This document shows positions 7,871 to 15,622 of a stretch of DNA of 37,825 nt, piece after piece. This DNA is from a virus. The stretch lies in IMG/VR virus record IMGVR_UViG_3300045988_165575, positions 1 through 37,825 of that record; one strand, 5' to 3'. Both the position numbers and the translations under genes were made by a program. Below the pieces are notes generated by a model. The model had not been told where the DNA came from and searched no databases. It saw nothing but the letters and a program-made list of their open reading frames with translations. Each line of letters begins with the position of its first letter. The first letter of the stretch is position 1.

Positions 7871-10637
7871 ATTCGTTTATCGGAACGATTACTTTACCGG
7901 CGCGCATATTGACATTTCTAAGCTCGTTTACAATATCGCCGCGCTCGTTCATGACGACAATCGTTACGGTTCCGCCATTGCTTCTCTCCATAGCCCTTTC
8001 GACACCGCGCTCAACACCCAACGAAACGCCGTCCACAATTTGGCTGTTGTTGGCAACTGCTGTCCTGCCTCCGATTTGTCCAACCATCTCGGGTCCGCTC
8101 TCACGGGCAATAAAGAGTTGTCCGGTATCAGGATATCCGCCGGATGCATACTGCTGTGCCCCGGTAGATCGGGTTTTTACTGTCACATCGCAGCTTACAC
8201 CGTTTATATTGTTGATGTTATTTTTAAGCTTGACGAGCTGATCCGAATAATACTTAGTCTTTTTGCTTGCGTCGTCCATTGCAGCCGATGTGTTCTTAAT
8301 AGCTTTGCGCGACTGCTCTAAAGCGTCTTCGGCATGTTCGACTTCTTTTTTAAGCGCTCGATATTCCGGACTAAGCTTTTGCGATATCCAGTTCGCGACA
8401 TCACGAAGGCCATCTGATACGCCCTGATTTTTCTTGTCAAGTTCTGCCGCCTTTTCGTTCAGCTTATTTTGTGCCTCGGCAAGCCTATCTGACGCAACCT
8501 TGTAATTGTCAGTCGCCGTCTTGTTGTCAATTGTTGCTTGATAAAAGGCTTTGTATGATTCAGTAAGAATGTCTTGCATTGCAGCCATTTCAGCCTGTTT
8601 CTTCAAAGCCTCTATGACTCCGTAAATTGAGTCCTTAGTCTCCACAACCACGCCTTTGGTCTCGTCGATACTCAAATGCAATCCGTCGATATTCATGGCA
8701 TTCAGGGTGTCAACCTTGACGCGCATCAAGTCCATTTCATAGGCGGACTTATTTGACTTTTCGCTCAACTGATATATCTCGTCGGTGAGCATTTTAACTG
8801 CGCCGTACTCCGCGCTGACAGTGTTCAGCCCCTCTATCTTCTGATTAAGACCGTCCATATTTTCTTTTGTTCTTTGGATAATCGCCTCAGAGGCCGCAAT
8901 GTTTTCTGATAACACCTTATAGGCATCGGAGGATTGGTAGGTCTTTTCTGCAAGTTCATCTGCACCCTGTTCAAAACCTATGATAGCTCCCGTGATTGCA
9001 CCAATTGCCGCGACGACCAGTCCGGCCGGACCCAACGCCGCATACATAGCCACTGCAACGGCAGTAAGTCCTACTGCCATAACCGCCAGTTTGGCTTTGG
9101 CGTCTTCTGCGCCCGCGCCGAGTGCCTTAAAAGCGGACTTTGCCATCACCAGCGATGCTGCGAATCCTGCCGCGCCTATCATGGCTTTTTGAGTTGCCGA
9201 CAAACCCGCTCGGAACTGCTCCAAGCTGTCTTTGGCGGCACCCGCGGCTTTCTTCCATCCATAGCCTAACGCCTGCGCTGTGCTTCCTCCGGTCTCCTTT
9301 ATCCAAGAAAAACTCTCGGTAAAAGTAGAGACAACTCTCAGCCCCTTAAAGCTATTCCACACACCTTTTGCGCCGGAGTACCATTTGCGCAGCACCTTTA
9401 CGCCGAAAGCGGCGGCCGCGCCGGCTGCAACTCCCTTTATCACCGGCTCAAGCGCCGAGACTGTGGATTTCACCTTTTTAAGCTTCTGCTTCAGCTCCTC
9501 TGCGCGCTCTGCAAGCTTCGGGTCAATAACGCTGTCAGCGTTGGAAAATGGGCTCTTAAAATTGTTTCCTCCGCTCGATACCGTTGTGCTGCTTCCGCCG
9601 CCGTTGCCGCTATCAGATCCGGTGTCCGGCGTTCCGAGACGATTGATTTCATCGATGCCGAGCAAAGCGTTTTTATAATCCTTCGCCCTTTTCGCCGCAC
9701 TGCCGAGTTTTGTGGACACTTGCTGTGTACTGTTGGCGAGCTTGGAGGTATTTGACGATGTCCGGCTTGTTGCACTTGACGTACCAAACAATATAGCCAT
9801 GACTTGCCCGGCTTTTTCGGCGAGCGCGGTCAATCTTTCAAGCAACGCCGTAACATGCGGGATACACTGCTGCAAAGCCGGCGCAAACATTGACCCGAGC
9901 GCACTTGACAACATTTTTGTCTGAGCTTTCAAAGCAGCCTGCGCTCCTGCGAGGGTGTTCGCATATTTCGCGGCATCCCCGGTCTGGAATGCCGTCTCCC
10001 GCATGATGCCTTGTGTCGTGGCTATGCGCTTTTCTGCGTCGGTCAGCGTTGCTGCAGTCTTGCCTATCGATGCCGCGTATTCGTCCCATATAACGGACAG
10101 GTTTTTTGTAACGCCGGCGTTGTCGACAAGAATGCTGTTTTCGTTTTTGATACCTTCGGCTGCACTCTTTATAGCTTCGCCCATCGTCATACTGCCCTGA
10201 CGGTTAAACGCCGCCGAATCTTTAAGGTTAGTCAGTATGGACTGTGTCTGCTCGTCGGAATACCCTGTCGCCGCGAGGCTCTTATACGCGGTGTAGGCGT
10301 CCATCATCGGGATAAGACCGTCTTTGGTATACGATTTAAGCCACGCTTTCGCGGCGTTCAGGTCTTTTCCCTGCGCGGTCAATATGCTCGACAAGCCCAT
10401 CTGCGCGGCTTCGTTTTCCGCATATGCGTCCGTCAACTTCTTGACCTCGCTTACTACTTTCTGTATGGCCGCAACGGCAGCGGTAGTTTTTATGCCTGTA
10501 AAAAGCTTTCCGACACCCGCTCCCGTGCGCGTTGCCTGCTGTTCAAGCGACCCCAGTCTCTTGTTCGCCTTATCGATCTTGGCGTTAAAGTCCTTGGTGT
10601 TTGCTGTAATCAGCACTTGCAGTTCTTCAATCGTCAT
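7869..10637 (-). CDS. Tail tape measure protein
   Basis: About 920 aa of Ala/Gly-rich helical sequence with a central hydrophobic segment, located after the G/G-T genes. ATG 10637 (AGGTGAG RBS) is preferred over the track start at 10682, which has no RBS. Confidence 0.85.
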   Translation of the reverse strand: MTIEELQVLITANTKDFNAKIDKANKRLGSLEQQATRTGAGVGKLFTGIKTTAAVAAIQKVVSEVKKLTDAYAENEAAQMGLSSILTAQGKDLNAAKAWLKSYTKDGLIPMMDAYTAYKSLAATGYSDEQTQSILTNLKDSAAFNRQGSMTMGEAIKSAAEGIKNENSILVDNAGVTKNLSVIWDEYAASIGKTAATLTDAEKRIATTQGIMRETAFQTGDAAKYANTLAGAQAALKAQTKMLSSALGSMFAPALQQCIPHVTALLERLTALAEKAGQVMAILFGTSSATSRTSSNTSKLANSTQQVSTKLGSAAKRAKDYKNALLGIDEINRLGTPDTGSDSGNGGGSSTTVSSGGNNFKSPFSNADSVIDPKLAERAEELKQKLKKVKSTVSALEPVIKGVAAGAAAAFGVKVLRKWYSGAKGVWNSFKGLRVVSTFTESFSWIKETGGSTAQALGYGWKKAAGAAKDSLEQFRAGLSATQKAMIGAAGFAASLVMAKSAFKALGAGAEDAKAKLAVMAVGLTAVAVAMYAALGPAGLVVAAIGAITGAIIGFEQGADELAEKTYQSSDAYKVLSENIAASEAIIQRTKENMDGLNQKIEGLNTVSAEYGAVKMLTDEIYQLSEKSNKSAYEMDLMRVKVDTLNAMNIDGLHLSIDETKGVVVETKDSIYGVIEALKKQAEMAAMQDILTESYKAFYQATIDNKTATDNYKVASDRLAEAQNKLNEKAAELDKKNQGVSDGLRDVANWISQKLSPEYRALKKEVEHAEDALEQSRKAIKNTSAAMDDASKKTKYYSDQLVKLKNNINNINGVSCDVTVKTRSTGAQQYASGGYPDTGQLFIARESGPEMVGQIGGRTAVANNSQIVDGVSLGVERGVERAMERSNGGTVTIVVMNERGDIVNELRNVNMRAGKVIVPINE

Positions 10638-11348
10638 TTTTCTCACCTGCCCTGTGCCTTGCGGCGTTTTTTGATTTGGCATAAGCGGACATCCGAGCTT
10701 TGATTACCATCCACCCGGTTTGCTGCATGCCGAAAGCTGACGGGAACGCCTTTTCAAGCGCAGGATATTTTTTCGGGTCGTTAAACGCGAAAGAATCAAG
10801 CTGCCCGAGATTCCATATCAGCTGTAACTGCCATTTACGCCGCTCGTTTTCTGCCTTTTGCCTTGCGGATATAAGGTCCTCAACCTCTCCGGCCGACATG
10901 CTCCAGAATTCGTCCGGGGTTATCCCGACCGCAAAAGCGCGAGGTTTGAGATCCGCAACCCACTCGGTCGCCGAGGAGAAGATTACTCTATCTCCTGCTC
11001 CTCGTCCTCCCGCTCCATGTCCGCTATCTGTTCCGGTGTAAAAAAACCGGACACCTTCATAATGCCGAGGAATGTGTCCGCTCTGTCCTCGAGGGTAAAG
11101 CCCTCGGCTTCAAGCGCATCGATGAGCTCATATGTCTTGGGGAGCGTCATATTTGCCTGGTATTTCTGCAGCGCGCCCCAGAGGGTCACTGCAAAGACCT
11201 TTGTGTATGCCAGCTTGTCAAGAGCTTCAAGCAGGCTGCAGCCTATACGGTCTTCCACTTCGATTTTCGTTGCCGTCGTGAGCTTGAGCTTGTACTCCTT
11301 CTCGCCGGCGGTCAATCTATAAAAAGGTGCATTACACGCAGTAAGCAT
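10627..11348 (-). CDS. Tail assembly chaperone G-T fusion made by a programmed -1 frameshift
   Basis: I translated the -1 frame from the slippery site at 11040-11046. It stays open and runs into the 90-aa ORF at 10627-10899. Confidence 0.65.
10983..11348 (-). CDS. Tail assembly chaperone (G-like)
   Basis: 121 aa with an acidic C-terminus, located between the major tail and tape measure genes. Confidence 0.7.
   Translation of the reverse strand: MLTACNAPFYRLTAGEKEYKLKLTTATKIEVEDRIGCSLLEALDKLAYTKVFAVTLWGALQKYQANMTLPKTYELIDALEAEGFTLEDRADTFLGIMKVSGFFTPEQIADMEREDEEQEIE
11040..11046 (-). promoter_or_regulatory. Slippery heptamer T TTT TTT for the -1 frameshift
   Basis: The zero frame reads GGT TTT TTT ACA (11048-11037). 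The frame arithmetic (11348-10899 = 449, mod 3 = 2) matches a -1 shift. Confidence 0.6.
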
Positions 11349-11404
11349 AGTTGTTGTCTCCTTATTTTAAATTTTCGGCGGAGTTACCCCCGCCGATGTG
11401 TTCT

Positions 11405-11824
11405 TTAGCCGCCGGACGAGGTATATTCCTCTATATCCGACGATGGAGTGATTTTTGCAGTAAAGGTCAGCGCCTCTGCGACGCCCTTTCCGGGCATCGA
11501 AAGTGACACTCTGCCTGTCCATGTGAAACCGGAACCGTCCGGGAACAGCAGAATAAAGGTCTTGTCTGCATCCTTAGCTCCCTTGAGGGTCGCCCAGTTC
11601 GTGCCGGTCTTCATACCCTCATAGCCGAAAGTAAACGCCATATCCCCGGGGTCGGAAAGCCCGGGCTTATACTTTCTCTGCGTGTCCTTCATCGTGGTCA
11701 CGTCGATTTTGTCCGATTCGCCGAGCATATCGGGAAAATCAAGCAGACCGGGAACTTCAGCTGCCGCTTCTGCGCTCGCGCCCATTTTCAGAATCACGCC
11801 TATAGAAGTCTGATAATCTTCCAT
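11405..11824 (-). CDS. Major tail protein
   Basis: 139 aa, located immediately upstream of the chaperone genes. The composition looks like phi13/TP901-type major tail proteins. Confidence 0.7.
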   Translation of the reverse strand: MEDYQTSIGVILKMGASAEAAAEVPGLLDFPDMLGESDKIDVTTMKDTQRKYKPGLSDPGDMAFTFGYEGMKTGTNWATLKGAKDADKTFILLFPDGSGFTWTGRVSLSMPGKGVAEALTFTAKITPSSDIEEYTSSGG

Positions 11825-11841
11825 TTGTACTTACCTCCTTA

Positions 11842-12219
11842 TTAACTGCGGTAAAACCGCTTCGTGTTGTTGTCGTAGACTCCGTTATAAAGCAGGACGG
11901 TGCGGTATAACACCGTACCGTCCTGCTGTTCGTCCTCAAGGTGGTTAGGACTGCCGCGAAGCAGACCGAGGCGGAGCATTGCATCGTCAACTTGTCTCTC
12001 GACCTCGTTTCTGCCCTCCGGCGTCGCCATCCACACCTGGATCTGCACGGCGATCCGGGAAAAATGATCCGGACGCGAAGAGGATGGCATTTTAACGGAG
12101 TTATCCATCTGCTTTATCAAACCGTGCCGTTCAAAACTCTGCGGATATTCCGCAGACCATTTCACACCCGGTACGGCGAGTGAAAGCACATCATAAGTCA
12201 CCTGTTCGATATCAACCAT
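11842..12219 (-). CDS. Tail completion / tail terminator protein
   Basis: 125 aa. Assigned from its position between the gp10-like and major tail genes. Confidence 0.5.
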   Translation of the reverse strand: MVDIEQVTYDVLSLAVPGVKWSAEYPQSFERHGLIKQMDNSVKMPSSSRPDHFSRIAVQIQVWMATPEGRNEVERQVDDAMLRLGLLRGSPNHLEDEQQDGTVLYRTVLLYNGVYDNNTKRFYRS

Positions 12220-12694
12220 TTTTCTGACCGCCTTTACGATTTATTTCCTGTTGTATCGCGCGCTTATAGCACTCGAGTATTACCTCGCGATTGTTTATAA
12301 GCGCAGGATAAAGATACGGCTGCGCCTTTTGTCCGCTTATCATTCGCCAGCCGACACCAGGGATTTTGCCGCGCCACTTGTCCGCCTTGTAATGGATCCC
12401 GCCCGGGAGCTCATAAGTATATGTGCCGTTACCTTTAGGACCCGTACCGAATTCCACATAGGCGGCGTATTCAACATTGGTCAATACGCTGCCGATATGC
12501 TTGCTACCCTCGCGCTTGTAGTCGGTATGCAGCGACGCGCGCAAATTGCCGTTATCTACTGGACACAACTCTTTTGCGCTGTTGTTGACTATTCGCGCCG
12601 CCTCGCGCGTGCCGTTTGAAATAGCGGTATCAGTGCCGCCGAGCTTTGCGAGCTTTTTAGCCAGCTCGCCGAGACCCTTAATTTCAATACTCAT
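12212..12694 (-). CDS. HK97 gp10-like head-tail joining protein
   Basis: Starts MSIEIKGLGELAKKL... and contains NVEYAAYVEFGTG, which resemble the HK97 gp10 family. Confidence 0.6.
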   Translation of the reverse strand: MSIEIKGLGELAKKLAKLGGTDTAISNGTREAARIVNNSAKELCPVDNGNLRASLHTDYKREGSKHIGSVLTNVEYAAYVEFGTGPKGNGTYTYELPGGIHYKADKWRGKIPGVGWRMISGQKAQPYLYPALINNREVILECYKRAIQQEINRKGGQKNG

Positions 12695-13055
12695 GGCTCA
12701 CCGCCTTGCAAAGATACAGCGTGTGGCTGTCGTGCGGCTGGATCTCGGTGATTCGGTAATAAGCGCCACCGTATTTCACATAGTCGCCCTTCTCGACAGC
12801 GAGCGTATCGGATGTTGAAAAGGTGGCGCCTTTGTTGCACTGCAGCCCCCATTCCTGCGCCTGCATAGCGTCGGTAACGAGTCGGAAGTTGACAGTAAAA
12901 GAGCCCGCAGGTGTTTCTGCGGGCTTCACTGTTTCGCTGCCGAGCGTTCCCGTCTGTTTGACGGCTTTATAGTGCTCGACTGCTTTGTCTTGAAATACGG
13001 CGCGCTGTGCGCGTCTGAAGGCGTCAGGGATCTTCACAAGAAAAGCCTCCTCCAC
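12684..13055 (-). CDS. Head closure / head-tail adaptor protein
   Basis: 123 aa, assigned by position. The C-terminal ...YRITEIQP... resembles SPP1 gp16-type adaptors. Confidence 0.5.
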   Translation of the reverse strand: MEEAFLVKIPDAFRRAQRAVFQDKAVEHYKAVKQTGTLGSETVKPAETPAGSFTVNFRLVTDAMQAQEWGLQCNKGATFSTSDTLAVEKGDYVKYGGAYYRITEIQPHDSHTLYLCKAVSHEY

Positions 13056-13387
13056 TCGTTGAGCATCACCTTTTCGCTGTCGCTTAGTTCCGCCGTTGTG
13101 GCGAGGTCTGAGTCGCTGTGCTTAAAGCTCACGCTCTGGTCGCCGTCCGTTATGCTTGCAACGGTCTGCGCCGCATCGGTAGAGCCCGGCTGCTGCGTGC
13201 GGTAACGCTGCGCGGCTATCTCTGCCACAAGCAGATCAAGACCGGGGACAAGCTCACGCCGCTTGGTATATCGCAACACCTTTGACTCGACACTGTCCAG
13301 CAGATACCGGGCAGCCGGCAGCGACATTTCCTTACCCAACATCACGCGCATCCGGGCTATGAGGTCGGCCTTGTTCTGCTCTGTCAT
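13034..13387 (-). CDS. Head-tail connector (gp6-like)
   Basis: 117 aa, located directly after the capsid gene. It shows a helical N-terminal pattern. Confidence 0.5.
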   Translation of the reverse strand: MTEQNKADLIARMRVMLGKEMSLPAARYLLDSVESKVLRYTKRRELVPGLDLLVAEIAAQRYRTQQPGSTDAAQTVASITDGDQSVSFKHSDSDLATTAELSDSEKVMLNEWRRLFL

Positions 13388-13388
13388 A

Positions 13389-14501
13389 TCAGCCCACCAG
13401 CCTTGCGGTCATGTCGCTGTCAAGGGTCTTGACGCCGTACAGGATATCAAAGCTGACGCGGTCGGTCTTGTGCTTGATGTCGTAGTCATATACAACCCTG
13501 ATAGCAAGACCGTTCCTGCTCGACGCAATAGCCGCATTATTCGCGCCCATAGGCAGCTCAAGCTGACGGGTAACGAGTGCAAGGCCGTTGCGGTGGAATG
13601 CGAGGGAATGGGTCGTTTTGACGAGATATACCTTAATCGCCGCATCCGAAGCAATGGTGCGATGGATAGGCTGGTCTATCGCGACCTCAGCGACCGCGCC
13701 GCTTGCGGCAGTTGCATCGGCGGCAAATCTGTAAAGATAGCCGTCGAGGATAAAGCCGTCGCCCTTTTTAAAGGTGCCGGTCGCCGCAGTGACATCCGAG
13801 AGTGCGACCTTGGTCTCGCCGGCGGTGCAGGAGACTTTTGCAGCGGTCGCAGTGCCCGCAGTTGCCGCGAGGGTATCGGGGGCATTCTGCGACATATAGG
13901 TGTCAAGACCATAGATAGAGCCGAGCTCTGCTGAGCGCAGGGCGTCGGAATTGCCTGCATATGCGACCTTTGAGAGGTTTTCCGTGGTCAGATAGCGATA
14001 CTTGTGCGTCGGATTGACGAGAAGTCTGCGCTGCTGTATCGGTACGCCCTTGAGGTCAAATGCCTTGGCAATGTTGGCAATGTCCTTGAGGTCGGCCGCG
14101 TTCGCGGTGCCGCTCACGGTGTTGCCGGCGTTTGCGATGCCTTCGGCGATAATATCGCTGTCGATGGCCTGGGATATGGCCTGCACCGCAGGAGATATGA
14201 TCTGCTCAGAAAATGACTTGATGTCGAGGGTCATTTCCTTGGAAGTGACCGGAACGGTGACATCGCGGAAATGGTCAAGGGTCACCTTGACGCTGCCCTC
14301 GTTCACATTCTGGTCTACGGTCTCGCCGACGAAGTTCTTCGCGGAAAACTTCGCGGGCTTGCGGATGGTGATAGTATCACCGACGTGTGCGAACTCCTTG
14401 GAATAGTCCTTGTGGACAAGGTCGGCAGCAACGAGATTGTTCTCGAGCACCATAAGAGCCTCGTTCGCGACTATCTGAGGAGTCAGGAATTTGTTTGACA
14501 T
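13389..14501 (-). CDS. Major capsid protein (P22 coat-like family)
   Basis: The N-terminus TPQIVANEALMVLENNLVAADLVHKDYSKEF...GDTITIRKP is typical of this family. 370 aa. Confidence 0.8.
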   Translation of the reverse strand: MSNKFLTPQIVANEALMVLENNLVAADLVHKDYSKEFAHVGDTITIRKPAKFSAKNFVGETVDQNVNEGSVKVTLDHFRDVTVPVTSKEMTLDIKSFSEQIISPAVQAISQAIDSDIIAEGIANAGNTVSGTANAADLKDIANIAKAFDLKGVPIQQRRLLVNPTHKYRYLTTENLSKVAYAGNSDALRSAELGSIYGLDTYMSQNAPDTLAATAGTATAAKVSCTAGETKVALSDVTAATGTFKKGDGFILDGYLYRFAADATAASGAVAEVAIDQPIHRTIASDAAIKVYLVKTTHSLAFHRNGLALVTRQLELPMGANNAAIASSRNGLAIRVVYDYDIKHKTDRVSFDILYGVKTLDSDMTARLVG

Positions 14502-14519
14502 TTGTTAAATCCTCCGTTT

Positions 14520-15077
14520 TTACTGATTTTTGCGCCAATTCACATAATCGGCATAGTTCTCGGGGGCTTCGCCCGGTTCGGGGTCTCCGCCGCCGTGGTC
14601 GGGGTCTCCGCCCCTCTGTCTGGTTTCGACTTTGTCAAAGAGATAGGCGTCGCTTTCTCTGATTGCCTTGAGCTGATCGTCAAAGCCCTCGAGCTTGCCG
14701 TCTTTGTCGAGTTTCACACTGCCGGGTGTTATCAAGGCTTTTATAGCTCTTGCGTTCTTGCCTTTGGCGGCTGTAATAGCGGCATCGATAGCGGAGTCAA
14801 GTTTCATGGCAGCGATATCGCTGTCATACTTAGCCTTAGCCTGCTTGTTCTCGTTCTGCAGCTGTGTAATTGTAGCCTGCAGTCCGGCGGTATCAACCTT
14901 TTTGAGCTCTTCAAGCTGACTGTCCCGCTCTGCTATCTGGCCCTCAAGGTTCTTGACCTTATCGGACTCGGCGCGAAAATCTGCTTTTGAAACAAAGTTC
15001 TTGCCGATATAGCTCGCTATCTTCTTGTCGATGTCCTCGGTGTGTGCGTCGCCTAAAATGTCTTTAAGCCAGTCCAT
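14520..15077 (-). CDS. Scaffolding protein (GP20-like)
   Basis: The start was moved to ATG 15077 (AAGGA RBS). It begins MDWLKDILGD, followed by coiled-coil sequence, and lies upstream of the capsid gene. Confidence 0.7.
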   Translation of the reverse strand: MDWLKDILGDAHTEDIDKKIASYIGKNFVSKADFRAESDKVKNLEGQIAERDSQLEELKKVDTAGLQATITQLQNENKQAKAKYDSDIAAMKLDSAIDAAITAAKGKNARAIKALITPGSVKLDKDGKLEGFDDQLKAIRESDAYLFDKVETRQRGGDPDHGGGDPEPGEAPENYADYVNWRKNQ

Positions 15078-15164
15078 GTCTGTCCTTTCCCGCGCTCCCT
15101 TTTTACTTGGCCAGTCCCAATATTGCGCGACACCATTTTGCTCCGGGTGGCGGATAAATTTGGA

Positions 15165-15203
15165 TATAAAAACAGCGCTTTGCATTTGACTGCAAAACGC
15201 TGT
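15165..15203 (-). terminator. Internal terminator after the toxin-immunity pair
   Basis: On the minus strand, ACAGCGTTTTGCA pairs with TGCAAAGCGCTGT (13-bp stem, one mismatch) with loop gtcaaa, followed by TTTTAT. Confidence 0.55.
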
Positions 15204-15262
15204 AATTATTATGTTGTAATATGACAAAACCGCTTCGCTTTCGCTTGGCGGCTTGTTATTTA

Positions 15263-15622
15263 TTATTGATCCTCTTCATCAAGAGTATCTTTTCCGAAAG
15301 CCTTTATATAGCTCTCGGTAAGGTCTTTCATGATTATGGGGGCTTCCTCTTCGTCCAGTATTCCGTCAAGGCGACCTTTGAGCAAATCCTCATAGTAGAG
15401 ATAGAGCTCGTCGCTCATGGCTTCGCTGAGATCGTTGTTGTCCACTTCCCACTTTATCAGCGGAAGTACCGCGTTAAGACGTTCGGCTTCTTCAAGGATA
15501 TCCTGATCGAATTCTGTGAGATATGAGTTTTCGAGCAAATCTCCCGTTTTCGGCTGTATACCCGTGCTTAAACGGTCTTCGAGAATTTCTGTTGCTCCCT
15601 GATAATCAAGCTCGTACTTCAT
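15263..15622 (-). CDS. Putative immunity protein for the MuF-fused toxin (very acidic)
   Basis: ATG 15622 overlaps the toxin TGA as ATGA. The protein is 119 aa, with 33 D/E versus 10 K/R by my count. An alternative TTG start lies at 15646. Confidence 0.55.
   Translation of the reverse strand: MKYELDYQGATEILEDRLSTGIQPKTGDLLENSYLTEFDQDILEEAERLNAVLPLIKWEVDNNDLSEAMSDELYLYYEDLLKGRLDGILDEEEAPIIMKDLTESYIKAFGKDTLDEEDQ

Noticed and set aside
10011-10703. 230-aa plus-strand ORF, plus several other plus-strand ORFs within 7964-10703
   Set aside because: These are shadows inside the tape measure gene. They are Arg/Cys/Phe-rich, have no RBS, and are on the opposite strand from a continuous operon.
13263-13934. 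223-aa plus-strand ORF
   Set aside because: It is an antisense shadow of the major capsid and connector genes.
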